The notes beneath the pieces are model-generated. The model made no database searches and was not told the DNA's origin. It was given only the letters and a program-made list of their open reading frames with translations. A stretch of DNA of 63,964 nucleotides, counting the filler, from Salisapilia sapeloensis CBS 127946 (Eukaryota > Protista > Oomycota): the NCBI GenBank assembly GCA_023334545.1. It is 8 parts of 8 records of this genome, joined end to end, with 100 filler letters (N's around TTAATTAATTAA, not from the genome) between each part and the next. Parts side by side here need not be neighbours in the genome. Positions count along the whole stretch, not along the records: positions 51,991 to 57,492 come from JAADVB010000612.1; positions 57,593 to 59,986 come from JAADVB010000910.1; positions 60,087 to 62,795 come from JAADVB010000863.1; positions 62,896 to 63,964 come from JAADVB010001325.1; 4 more parts are not named here. The stretch is one strand, 5' to 3'. A program made the position numbers and the translations under genes. This document shows, piece by piece, positions 51,891 to 63,964 of this stretch. How positions within the stretch are numbered: the first letter of the stretch is position 1; every line of letters begins with the position of its first letter.

Positions 51891-54800
51891 NNNNNNNNNN
51901 NNNNNNNNNNNNNNNNNNNNNNNNNNNNNNNNNNTTAATTAATTAANNNNNNNNNNNNNNNNNNNNNNNNNNNNNNNNNNNNNNNNNNNNCGTGTCTTGA
52001 GTTTGTTTGTTTGGTCTGTACAGATGTTGCGTAAAGGCATACTGAAACCAAGTGCAGGGTTTATTTGTTGAGTCGGGGTATCTTTAGCCGACACTCTCGA
52101 CAAACAAGTACCGGCTGAGTTTCCATGTCGATCTGATTTTCTTTGTGGGTCTTGCTGCAGTGCGAGCTGACTTTGTAGATCTTAAAGTTACAACAGGTCG
52201 TTTGACCGTACATAGCTTTGTTACATCAGTCAGCGACCAAGATTTTTGGTAGATTGGATGGTGGCTGGAGCAAACTCAGTCATGAGCAATCGATGGGTCA
52301 AAGGATGCTGTCTACTGTTTGAAAGGCATTTTTAAATTCGCGATAACGCCCAAGTTATAGCTCTTCTATTGAAATGCGAGGAACAACAGCATTCTTGATG
52401 CTTATTAACCTGTTCATGGCTGTAGAGTGCAACGACCCCGTCAGCTCTCGATCCGGGCGATATCTGCGCAGCTCAGCAAATACCAACAAGCAAGATCTTC
52501 TAATTTGGTACAGCACTCTTTTATGTATCCAGCTGCGGTAGTAGTATTCATATCTCGCTTAAATGTCTAATGGTCGTGGGGCTATAGCAAGGTGGCCGTG
52601 GGTAGCTCCACCGAGCTGGATGAACCAGATTACCAGGGCTGCGAATTTATGTATGCGTATATATTCCGTCCGCTTGCATTGAAGACTCTATGTGGTAGTA
52701 CTTATTTAACGCTTCTTACACAAAAGCTCCATCCCGAAGGCTACCGTGACCAAATTCAACGGCATTTTCACCGACTTGCTAGTCTTGTTGGCATCATTTC
52801 AAGTATCTGCATGCTCTCAGTCGCATTGAATTCTATATATACTTCAATAGAGACATGAGGAATGCAGACTTGTCAGAGCTCAAGGGAGCTCAATTTCCGA
52901 ACTTGGAAAGACTGTAAGTCACCGCTTTTCGTTCAGCATTTGAGCCAGCCTGATCGCTACTTCCACATCTACATGTTTTTGATTTATCATCTAGAGTCGT
53001 GAAGGGGACTTTGCGGAAGATGACAATGGAGTGGGAACAGTTGAGAGTTGTGTATGCTTTCTAGGACAATGCACCTCTATTTCGTTTAGTTGACAGTCTT
53101 CATGGATCAGCGAAGCTGAGGAAACATCACTGCATGAGTTCTCTTCGGAAATGCCGAAGCTCGAGATCGCGTACGTTGTCTTTCGGCATATATCCATGTA
53201 TTCTAGCTGTATTACCATCAATTTGGTTATGATCCAGGAAGCTCAAAGGAAACCTCCTCAAAGAGTTTGGATGCAACTCTCCATTCGCTCAGTCAATGTA
53301 CACTCGATCTGGAATGAATTCAGTCTACAAACCATTATCAGTCTGACGGTTTCCCACAACACTCGCATCTTGCGTTTTACTAGAAATCTGTCCAAAAACC
53401 ACATCCAAGAGCATGGACTTCTGCACTTTCAGACAACATGTGGTGCTGCCAAGCTGTGAGCAATAACATATTTCAATGTTTATCTCACAGATAATGATTT
53501 AGTGCTGTCTGTAGGGATGTCAGCAGCAACAAGATTGCTACTCTTAATGACAGTCACTCGGCCTTGTATCCAAACATTACGCGGATGTAGGCTCAATGCT
53601 TTTATCATCGAGCTTCCATATTAATGCTTTACTTCTGTGCTCTGTAGCTGGGGCAAATCGAACGAAATGCAGCAATTTACCGGTAAATGGCTAAATCTTC
53701 AGCAAGTGTAAGACCCATGCACACATCTATGCACTTCACTCGTGCCAATGACGACGATCGGAAGAGTAACGTGGTCTATGGGTACTTTACATGTGTAGCG
53801 CGCTGGAGCATAACAATTTGACTGATTTTTCACCCCTCATGCCTTCCGGGAAAATTATGTAAGTACCCGTTTGTACTATTCTCAACGGACATTAACTCTT
53901 GTGTAAGAGAAGGCTGCTTGGGCATAACCAGCTTGTGAGCAGGCGGTTTCTTCCACGCCCACTTGTGAAAGAAGCAACCATAACCATCGCTACACTTGAA
54001 AAGCTGTAAGATCGTTCTGTCTATTAGAACTTTAGCAGTGCATATTACAGTCTCATCGCTTACAAAACATAATAACATAGAGATCTCTCTTTCCAAAAGG
54101 ACAAGAAAGCTGCGCATGATGACAGCATCCAAAGGCTGAAGCTGAATATGCCTCTGTCGGATTCCTTCTCATGGCTGTATGTACATCTTCTTCCTCTCCC
54201 GCTGTTGCTTCATCAGCGTAAATATTAACATGAGTATATAAGATCTGTCGAAGGTACTCAAAATCAGAAAGGTGATATTCAAGCTACCATTACAAATACT
54301 CCGAACGCTGCGCTGTACGCATTCGCAATTTACTTTGTCTTTGAACAGTAAAACTATTTTATTGTATGAAACTTATAACCGTGTGGTATCAATAGATTCT
54401 TTGAAGATGGATCTAAAGCGGTGATCAAGGCTACGGAGTACAAAGTATTTCAAGGTGGCAAGAAAGCTTATGATTTTAGCCTTATGTCGGCAATGCACCA
54501 CTATGCGCGCTACGATTCGAGTGACTTTTTAACGAGCTCCGACGCGTAATTTTGAAAAATTTACGTCCTTTTGCGTTGATTTTCTTTGATATGTCGTTTA
54601 GGTGATTTGGCTATTGATACATGAAATTTGCTCACTGCACGGTTTGTGCGGCATTCTATCACTAGCCATATACGGTTCAAAGAATGCATGACGGAGCCTG
54701 AATGGATGGATTTAATTGTACGTTTGCATACCCGAGGGGATATCTATGTTGTCACCGTTAGTTTCATCTTTGAATAGACATCAACTATGCATTAAGCCTA

Positions 54801-57800
54801 TATGAATAGCATACTGGGTTACCATGCGGCCCCCTCTTTTACAGCTTCTCACCTGTCATCCTTATTCAAACTTCTTCTGCTATATGCAATTCTCGGGCAT
54901 AGCGCTACAAAGAAAGAGAAATGAATTTCGAGGATTCTTAGTCATCATTTTTCCCTTATGACATGACAGAGGTGTGAGTGGACATCCTAACAGCAGAAGA
55001 GAGCCCTGTGTATTAGCTATATTGATTGCATTTACGGGTCTTTGTAATATCAAACTCGAGCGAATTATTATAGTCTCCGGAGACGTTTGCTGAAATGTAC
55101 TGGTTTGGAGATGAATACGAATCTAATAAAGATAACTAGATAATAAAATGGTCAGTATTCAAATAGTGATTAGTATGTTGGCGAACAAATGACACTTCTC
55201 CGTTATCTTATAATCTATTTTTACTGTCATACTTTGCTTCCTTCACTGTCCAGAATCTCCGTATGCGCACACCACATTTAATTTTGTAAGTCGGACAGAT
55301 TGGCTGGTTGAGTTGTACGATCGACTTAACGTTCTGATGTTGAAAGCTTTGAGTGAAATATATTACATATCTTAGTAGGAGTGGATCCTTGCAAAGCACG
55401 GTTAATTATTTGATAGCAATTGATATAGTTTAAATTGTATTTAAGTGAGTACTTGCTAGCTTGGTCGATTCCTGTTCTTCTCTAAAGAATATGCGAATAC
55501 TAGATTATAAAAGGATAATTTTTCAAAAGGAATTCCGACAGCAAAGGAACTTTGAATTCTTAAAGAAAACCCTCGCAGCTAGTGGAGGTAACTTCCATTC
55601 CAACAGACGATATCCTCGGTATCATCTGAATCGTGTGCTGTGTTTTTAAGGTTGCTAGTACAAACAACATGAGTCAGTTAGACCAAATGTCACTGGTACG
55701 ACCATCAGGCAAGTTACATACACTTCCTTTAGGCATGAAGAATCTGGAAACGATAGTTTTAGCTTTAGCTTTTCCTTTACTCCGTTGTATGACAAATCCC
55801 TAAATGTCCACCCAAGCATGTATTAGTTCTATAACATCGATATGCTTAGAAGATTGCTCACAAATACTGAAGATCCTTAAGTTCAGAGTACCACTCCTTT
55901 GATGAGAAGGGTTCAAGATTTACGCCATGGCTCACTCTTGGCTTCGGGCTGAATCCGGTATCGATCAGGTTGTTGTACTTGAGATGCCTAGAGTATACAA
56001 AGTCATCATGAGTAGTGCCATATATGTTCACAAAGTCGTTTTTATGACAATCGACATAGTGTCATACATTACTACTATCTTTGGAATATACGCGCGAATG
56101 TCTCGCATACCATTGTTCTCCATAGACCTGCATTGAATTAAACCGATCTTATCGTAAAAATGACTTTGCTCATTGAGAGATACGCACACTTCTTTCAGCT
56201 TCATCCAAGAGCCACCCCACCACTTCAAATGCGTGCTGTCTGCAATGCTGTCACGTTTTCAGCATGCAAGTATCGGAGATTGTATTTACAAGTGTTATCA
56301 CGTACAGTTTGGTCAGCGAGTCCAGCGTATGAGCTTGCGGATCGCCGAGTTTTTTGATATAGTTGCCGCTTAAAATGCTGTTCACACGGTTCAGTCTCAT
56401 CTTGTCAAGGAAAACATATCGCTATGTACATAGTTTGAAGGGTTTTACACTTTCGTCCACGCAAACTGTTCTTCGTCAACTTATTCATCGAAAGATCCCT
56501 ACAATCGACATTTATTAAATCTGAAAATTTGATGTCTAGCAAAATGAGCCTTACAAGTACTCAAGTTTCGTCTCGGCGCAATTAAAATCTGTGAGCTGAT
56601 TATCTCGAAGGTTCCTATTTAGTGCGTGATGTGTCAAACATACGGCTAGAGAGCTTACTGCTGAGGTCTTACGCTATCTTGGTCTTGGGTATCTTCGCTT
56701 GGAATGTGTCAAGCTTGTTATCTGTCAAATTTCTGTGTTGGCACAAACTATAAACTCAATGCCGTAAATGGGCAGGAATTGGTGACTTACAATTGTTCGA
56801 GCTCTTCCCAATTGCCAGTAATAACCTTCAACAAAGATTTATTGATTTGTCTACGTTATACGTGTAGAGGATTAATATCCAACCATCAACTTCCAAGTAC
56901 CAGCAGAAATATATACAATCTGCGGATTTTTGGAAAGCTATCTCCATCCAGGCTTTGGATCGATGCATTTGCTATGTACCTAGTGGCATTCACCCTTTAG
57001 TACGTGATCTGATTCACACTACTCAAGATCATATCAGACGTACAGCTCTTCCAGCTTTAGAAACTTTCCAGACATTTGTTCAAGTGGGACATTCTCAAGG
57101 ATACTGGATTTGTACAATCAGTCAAGCTTCATAATCCCATAAATAATGACAGTCGCTGTACAGAGTTTTGGCGTGCTGAAATTGGTGCCCCTCGAGTTTT
57201 TTCATTTTGTTTCCACTCAAGTTGCTACGATCGACATGAAATTAGTAGAGCATTTACCGGCAATATATATTTTTTCACCTACATTATTTTCAAGTCGTAT
57301 GGAAAGGATATAGCAGATAACATTTCATCATCAAGCTCCTTGTGGGCAAACGCATCATAGAAATAATCGTTGGCTTCTGACGCCAAAGCTTGCCACGTAG
57401 CCACAAGGAGGAAGAGCAGCACAACTTGCACACTTGGGCGCTTCACCCCAATCATGGTCGGATAGTTGAACTAAATCAAAAGTGACTACCTANNNNNNNN
57501 NNNNNNNNNNNNNNNNNNNNNNNNNNNNNNNNNNNNTTAATTAATTAANNNNNNNNNNNNNNNNNNNNNNNNNNNNNNNNNNNNNNNNNNNNGACCGCTA
57601 CAAGCTCAGTCCAAAGAAGCAGGCACTGACGCTAGCTAGTCATCCTTTGCATCGCATGGCAATGCACCAGTCCATTCGGGACATGCAGGCTCTCTCACTT
57701 TGCCTGCACTCGAAGCAAACGAAGCAATTCACCATAGAGGCTAAGACGGCGTTGGTCTCACCGTCACTTGGAACCTTGCTTCGGATGGTTCATCGCCTCT

Positions 57801-58470
57801 TGAAATCTCGTATTGTCGATTAATGCACCAGCGATAAACTCCAATTCACTCCTAATCACCTGAGTGTCGTAAATGCACCAGTTTTCAATTTCTGATGCTC
57901 CTGTCGGGAGTACATGACCGGTAACCGTATACCGGCACGACTCTGTGCTCCCATTCTGTCATATACGCCCTTTTATGCCGAGGTACTTGGCGAGATGGAC
58001 ATGAAAAAAATAGTACTCCAGAGCACGTCGTCACAATGTACGTGGGTGGTCCTACGCCAGTACCTCGTATTTTCTGGTTTCCATTCGATGTAGGTGCAGT
58101 CAACCACGTCGTTCGTCGTTCTATCAATTCCCACCGACAAAACGGTCCAATGCTTGGATACCTCCGTTGGAGATCCTGGGTGCGACGAACGATGATGACC
58201 AAGATGTCATTTTGCTCTCTACTATCCGAGGTACTTTGAACCCATATCCTTTTGTCTCAGCAAGCTGGAAGGCTTCATCGGATAGATAGCTCACATGGTG
58301 TCACGCATGGCAGGCTCTTTCTCTCCGTTTCGTAGTATACACCCCGCGCCATATTTTCTGGCGGCGTAGATTGAGTCGATGGTGTCAACACTAGATGCGC
58401 TTCAAGAGACCTGGCGTAGGATTGTAGTTGCGAGGTCGTCCCGTGCCGACGCGGACGGTCTTGTCCGAGA

Positions 58471-58488
58471 GCTCATTCTCCAACTTGC
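58471..58488 (+). promoter_or_regulatory. Oomycete Inr/FPR core promoter candidate
   Basis: GCTCATTCTCCAACTTGC, about 45 nt upstream of ATG 58533. Confidence 0.6.
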
Positions 58489-58532
58489 CAAAGCCGCCAC
58501 AAGCCTCCACAAGAACCACTACTCAAGTCCCA

Positions 58533-58715
58533 ATGAAGACCTTTGCCATTGTCATCGCTGCCATCATCGCTGTGCTGTCCGAAGACGCGCTGGCCGAAAA
58601 TGTCCGCGGAGCTGACCGAATGCTTTCTGACGGAAGTGAAACGAAGGCTCTGGAGAAGACTGGCGTTGCCACGGGAGAAGACGGCAAGAAGTACGTCATG
58701 TACTGCTGCATCTAA
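58533..58715 (+). CDS. 60-aa small secreted protein
   Basis: MKTFAIVIAAIIAVLSEDALA-ENVRGADRMLSDGSETKALEKTGVATGEDGKKYVMYCCI*. Signal peptide, strong C/G-ending codon bias and an upstream Inr/FPR. Confidence 0.72.
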   Translation: MKTFAIVIAAIIAVLSEDALAENVRGADRMLSDGSETKALEKTGVATGEDGKKYVMYCCI

Positions 58716-58746
58716 GTCTAAGCCAGTGCCGAGCTCGAGGTTACTT

Positions 58747-58774
58747 GAAAGAAAGAAAGAAAGAAAGAAAGAAA
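58747..58774 (+). repeat. (GAAA)7 microsatellite
   Basis: Seven perfect GAAA units about 30 nt downstream of the small secreted ORF stop. Confidence 0.9.
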
Positions 58775-59378
58775 AAGAGAGGAATACATTGTTCAGTTTG
58801 ATCCATCCCTGCCGTCCGAGTTTAATAGGTGCCATGATCTTTGCTGTCTACTGAGGACGCAGCTTCAGCTTCATGTATGAAACATCGACCATTCTTTGTC
58901 CTTTCGAACGTCGGCGCTGGCGGAATGGAATCGCATGGCGTCGTCAGGTCGGAAGATTGCGGTTCGTCGCTTTTTGAAGTTGCGTTGAAGCGGTCGTACC
59001 GGTTCGCCGCTGTCGTTTCAACAAGCAGGGTTCGAGAAGGCCAAAAAAGATAAACCAGAAAAGAATTTGTATCGGCCACCTCGGGTGAATTCGGACAAAA
59101 ATCTAGACGCCGTGCGCTTCAATGTTGAAGTAGACAAACACGTTCGTTCGCCTCTTCCAGAAACCACCCGCACGAGAGCCGGACAGTCGCGATAGCCTCG
59201 CATTTGAATCTGGTGCTGAGACGGCCGTCGGTCACTGCGGAATTGTATGGCGCGACAACGCACCCATGACGCGCCGGCGTGTCGGCCGATTGACCTAACC
59301 TCTTTCACACAGTGTTTTCGTATGCTGCTTGGATCGCCAGGTTTCCTTGCCCTGGACGCTGGCCGCTGGCCGCTTCGA

Positions 59379-59396
59379 CTTCATTCCCAAATCTGC
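59379..59396 (+). promoter_or_regulatory. Oomycete Inr/FPR core promoter candidate
   Basis: CTTCATTCCCAAATCTGC, about 65 nt upstream of ATG 59462. Confidence 0.65.
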
Positions 59397-59461
59397 TTCG
59401 TCAAGCTTACGTACGTTCCGTCCAGTCTCCGAAAGCAATCTATCGCCACCAGCACTACAAC

Positions 59462-59596
59462 ATGTTTGGCCAGAACAAGAACGAATCGAGCAACACTGCC
59501 AACTCGCCGCAGACCAAGGCGCTGTCCGTGTCGGAAGCCACGCGATCGGCGGACATTTCCACGGCCTTTGAGCGATCTGGCTGGGCGAGCATCTAA
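59462..59596 (+). CDS. 44-aa micro-protein of unknown function
   Basis: MFGQNKNESSNTANSPQTKALSVSEATRSADISTAFERSGWASI*. C/A-rich leader (CACTACAAC-ATG), C/G-ending codons and an upstream Inr/FPR. Confidence 0.6.
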   Translation: MFGQNKNESSNTANSPQTKALSVSEATRSADISTAFERSGWASI

Positions 59597-60086
59597 GCCT
59601 CGCACCTTTGGAAGGAAGGCTCTTCGTAAAGCGCGCATTCGTTGTTTCTGAACGATTCGAGCGACTGCGCTGCGGAGGCTTTAATTTATACTGTATACCC
59701 AAGTGATAGTGGAAGCAATCCAATCCAACTTTCCACCTTTATTCTTCATTCCTTGTGCCGTTTGTTCTCGTTGGTTTCTCGCGTCGAGATAGGTGTTGAG
59801 TCGGATGATACTCGTGGATACCGGCGAGATCGTCGTCTCGTGCGCCTGGATCGTGGAATCAGGTTTCCACATGCGAACAAAGCGAGTGGAAACGACTGCA
59901 ACGGACGTTCAACACGCCATGAATCAGATCTACCAGAGTCTTTCGTATCGATTGCGGTGTTCTACGCAAGCGTGCAATGGGGATACNNNNNNNNNNNNNN
60001 NNNNNNNNNNNNNNNNNNNNNNNNNNNNNNTTAATTAATTAANNNNNNNNNNNNNNNNNNNNNNNNNNNNNNNNNNNNNNNNNNNN

Positions 60087-60331
60087 CGGCGGCGATCGAC
60101 CAGACGACGGAGCGGAAGCTTCAGGAGGTGGTGAACCGCGACTTTGAGGACGCGACGGTGCTGACGATCGCGCATCGTCTCGCGACTGTGGTGGAGTGCG
60201 ACCGCATCATGGTGCTGAGCGAGGGTAAAGTGGTGGAGTTCGCTTCTCCGAAGGAGCTGGTGAAGGACACGAATGGTGTCTTCTATCAGCTGGCACAGGA
60301 AGGTGGAGTTTTACAAAGACTGCGAGAATAA
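60087..60331 (+). CDS. ABCC (MRP) transporter, C-terminal fragment of NBD2
   Basis: AAID..T...LQ..V...F..TVLTIAHRL.TV...DRIMVL..G.VVEF.SP..L. 5' end lost at a spacer. Confidence 0.9.
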
Positions 60332-61530
60332 ATATAGTCGATAGATACGATTTTTGCTTGTGGAGATGAATCAAAGATAGAGTCTAAATCGGTAACTAAG
60401 TTTGTTTTTATACTTGGAAGACTTGTTTGACTGCGCTAGGCTGTCATCTGAAAACCTTAGTCGAAGTAACTTGGAGTTTGATGCTCTCATTATCCTAAAC
60501 AGGCCTGCTTGTATCATTTTGCAAGTGATAGATACTGGATGTAAGTCGTACTGTTGACCGTAAGACTAGGCTGAGTCATAGCGTTGGCATACTTCGCGAT
60601 CATACGTGGATAGTACCATATGACCCATGCAGGAGTTTGGAGTAAGGAGCTTTCGTGTCCACAATAGCATTTCATTTAAGAAGATAGGGTCTGCATTGTG
60701 TTTGAAACGTGTACAATAGTAGAGATCAGCACCCCTACCATTATGCATGAGGTAATTTCGTTGAATTAGTCGACTGGAGGTGTTTCCAACGGCGATAGCA
60801 CATTCATTTTGGTGTGTACGTTGGTCAATGGGAAAGGTTCATCGTAGCAAATTCCCTACCGTGCTTGACAAAATGAATGTATATCCATAGAATGCATGCA
60901 ACTGACTTTACATCTTGTTGAGCAAGATGTGTCAGTGCTTTTCAGCTCCATAAACGGCACATTTCTATCAATTTTCCTTGCAACAAACGTGAAGGATGCG
61001 TGCTGCCGAACTAGCTTCTGGATGTTGTTCAAAGAACGAACAGCATACTGTCAATCCATGCTTTGTGGTTCATACATGCATTCTATTCTACTCCACTGCT
61101 AAAAAGCGAGAAAACAACTATTGAATCAAAATCGGATGTAACATTTGCATTTGATATTCGAATGCAAACGCACTTGACGTACAGCAAAATACATGGCCAC
61201 CGAGGTAGACACGAATTTATTTAGGTGTTTGTCTGATACCTTTTCGTTCATTACTCTCCCCGACCCCTGTCCAGAAACCATGGCTTCACTTCGAAGACAA
61301 GATACAATGTGACGGCAGTGTACTTCAATTAACAGGCATCATCCAAATCTGATGACGAAGATGTGCTCGCCAAATGAGCTCAAGAGTGGGATACGTATCA
61401 GAACACGAAAATGAATTTCGGCACCAGTCATCCCACCTCGGCGCCTCTTGGTCATATTATCATCGAGAGGTCAGTCTCATCCCAGTTGCAAATAGAGACC
61501 ACAATTCATTTCGCCTGTTAGCACACAAGC

Positions 61531-62795
61531 ATGAAGGACACCGCGCTGCGTAGCGCTGGGAAAGACGCCGGCGGCTACGACACATTCGTTGCGAGCGAGT
61601 ATCAAGCGCCATCTATTGAGGACGCATCATGGCTGTCCAGCCTCTTCTTCTCGTACACATACCCGATCTTGGAAGTTGGTAACAAGAAGCAACTGAATCT
61701 GGAGGACTTGAGTCAAGTCCCATCTAAGTATTTGGTGAAGCCTACACTAGACAGGTTCGTGCCGAATCTTGAGCGAGCGAATGGTTCCATCCCCATCGCT
61801 ATCTTCTATTCATATGGATGGACACTTGGGCTAAGCATTGCTGCTTCCCTCTTCACTGCTGGAGTCGTCGTATTCGCTCCGGCCGTACTGCATCACGTCG
61901 TCGATGCATTTGCACAACCAACGCTGGATGTGCCTGATCTAGCGCTTTGGCTTGGCATATTCCTACTTGTGCGACTGATAAATGCCTTTGTTGTCCCTCG
62001 CTGCATCTTCTACTTGGAAATCGTGGCCTTTCAGGTGATGGTCTCCGTACGTGGCTTGATCTTCCGCAAGTCTCTACGTTGCAACACTGCAGCGAAAAGT
62101 GCTTCAGACGTTGCGGATGTCAACAATTTGTACACTTCAGACGTTGAAACGATGCTCCAAGCTGCATTCTTCCTCGGTCAAGTCCTCGTTTTGCCGATGC
62201 AAATCATCTTCATCACCGTCATGCTCTACAATGTTATTGGCGTTGCGTCCTTTGCTGGACTCAGCATCATGCTTCTGTCGATGTTTGTTGGGTTCCTTGT
62301 TGCCAAGTACACTGGTGAAGCGTATGCAGACATCATGAACAAGAAAGATGTACGCAACAAGGCTATCAAGGAAGCATTTACGTCCATTCAGATCGTAAAA
62401 TTGAATGCTTGGGAAAATAAGATTGAGCAAAAGATCTTGGATGCACGTGAAAAGGAGTTGACTGCGATTCGACGCTTCTTGTACTCGATCGCCCTGTCCA
62501 TCTTCATTCTCTGGAGCTCTCCACTCTTCGTTTCTATCACGACGTTCTATGTCTATGCGCTCGTACTCAACTTGCCACTCACAGCCGCTAAGGTGTTTAC
62601 TGCCATGGCTCTCTTCGACTCGCTACGAGAACCGATGCGAATGCTGCCGTCTGCTATTCAGATGATGATCCAGTCCAAGGTGTCGGTGGACCGTATCAGC
62701 AAATTCCTGGCGATGGAGGAATACGATCAGAGTAACGTCGACCGTGAAGACCCGTCGCAGCCGAGTGACGTTGCAGTCTCGATTCAGGACGGAAC
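61531..62795 (+). CDS. ABCC (MRP) transporter, N-terminal fragment (TMD1)
   Basis: ASWLSSLFFSYTYPILEVGNKKQLNLEDL, IFRKSL, IQIVKLNAWE, LTAAKVFTAMALF..LREP..LP, SKVSVDRISKFL. Truncated before NBD1 by a spacer. Confidence 0.92.
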
Positions 62796-62895
62796 NNNNN
62801 NNNNNNNNNNNNNNNNNNNNNNNNNNNNNNNNNNNNNNNTTAATTAATTAANNNNNNNNNNNNNNNNNNNNNNNNNNNNNNNNNNNNNNNNNNNN

Positions 62896-63823
62896 ACATT
62901 AGACACAAGGTGGCTAGTATATCCATCGCCTACGACTTTCGTCACTGGGAGGAGCCGAACCTATCTCGGCTGTGTGAAAGGATGGAAAAGCTCCAGTTCA
63001 CATACAACGATGTTATCGTTACGGAAGGGTCTCCAGCGAGTAAGTTGAGTATATGACATCACCATCGCCTAGGTTACCATTGCATATATCTTGCAGGCCA
63101 TTTCTTTGTCATCGGAAAGGGGCACTGCCGGCTCATTAAGCAGTATAGAAACATAGTCAAGTCGGATAAGACTAGTCACGTTCATATCTGCACGATCAAC
63201 GTGTACGTTTACAATTGTTGCATGTATATAAGAGATTGACAAGGTCAAGTAGTGGACAGAGTTTCGGGTCGTACGAAATCATCACAAACAGTCCAAATGC
63301 AGCATTCTCTGTTCTCGTATCCTCTCCGAAGGCTATCATATATCGATTGCCTCGGATCGACTTTCGGCAGTTTGTGATGAAAAACGAGCGTACGGAACAA
63401 GCGTTGCGAGAACAAGTGACAGACCTCTCGTCTCGTCTGAACGTTGATCGTGTGAAAGCTGACTTGGCAAAATCTCGACAATGGGAACTCTTTAAACGCA
63501 AGCTGGTCGACGATATCATTTCTAAACGGAAGCCATCTACAACGCTACCAGCTGCATCTCCTCCTGTCAGGAGTCTTCGACAGAAGAATACATCACTACA
63601 ATACGATTGTGATGGCCACAGATATACCAACTATGGTGCATGTGCGAACGCTTCGATAACTGGCAAGAGCATACCAATGAAGCCTGGCAATATGTCGAGA
63701 AAATCGATGAGTCCACGCATGCTAAGTCCACGCAATCAGAGTATTGTACTTGGATTGGCAAAGGCGACGGCAAAGGAGGACACTTCAGATAGCGCGAATG
63801 AGACAAGAACAAGCTTACATTGA
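62896..63823 (+). CDS. Cyclic-nucleotide-binding domain protein, 3' part (multi-exon)
   Basis: Exon pieces FRHWEEPNLSRLCERMEKLQFTYNDVIVTEGSP, HFFVIGKGHCRLIK, and GQSFGSYEII..AAFSV.V..IYRLPRIDF, consistent with a cNMP-binding beta-barrel. 5' end lost. Confidence 0.65.
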
Positions 63824-63964
63824 TATCGGATAGTAGACAGTTGTAAACATGTTTCCATTTAGTAGCTTTGATGAACGCTTTGGCACAGTGGTGTTTGCAT
63901 GGGAGGAACGAAGTGTCGCTCTGTATCTCGATTCAATCGCTTGGATGCTCAAACGACGCATAGA

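Noticed and set aside
51991-57492. 5.5-kb contig with many 60-100 aa ORFs, including a Cys-containing minus-strand piece near 52050-52250
   Set aside because: AT-rich, no long ORF and no convincing domain. Treated as non-coding or decayed relics.
58596-58640. Canonical RxLR-dEER effector call for the small secreted ORF
   Set aside because: The motif is RML followed by SDGSE, not RxLR..EER, and there is almost no effector domain after it. Kept only as a loose resemblance.
1-63964. tRNA, rRNA, snRNA or CRISPR arrays
   Set aside because: No cloverleaf, rRNA signature or repeat-spacer array was seen by eye. A tRNAscan/Infernal run would be needed to exclude small ncRNAs.

Overview
Eukaryotic window, most likely from an oomycete: short GT-AG introns, TCATT-type Inr/FPR promoter motifs and a 7TM-TKL kinase. 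It is not one continuous molecule. Eight contigs are joined by seven identical 100-bp artificial spacers (44 N + TTAATTAATTAA + 44 N), so adjacency across spacers is unproven. Bases 1.7-40.4 kb are extremely gene-dense and hold: a six-bromodomain protein, a divergent cyclin, SLU7, phosphomannomutase, a slicer-type Argonaute, a coiled-coil protein, an ASCC2-like CUE protein, a 7TM-TKL-DEP receptor kinase, tripeptidyl peptidase II, a two-repeat Myb protein, a SMYD SET-MYND protein, an Arb2/FAM172A-like + FYVE-like + AGC kinase fusion, villin, a DnaJ protein, a secreted C45 peptidase and a transmembrane ankyrin protein. From about 40.6 kb the sequence is gene-sparse. It carries pseudogenes (GT71 mannosyltransferase, arogenate dehydrogenase), nested LTR, PIF/Harbinger and LINE remnants, an RRP46 gene bracketed by perfect 141-bp inverted repeats, two unannotated micro-ORFs with canonical promoters, and truncated ABCC and cNMP-binding genes. 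The most novel-looking items are the Arb2-FYVE-kinase fusion, the two micro-ORFs (one resembling a prepropeptide) and the six-bromodomain reader. All family assignments come from motif recognition by eye; no database search was run.
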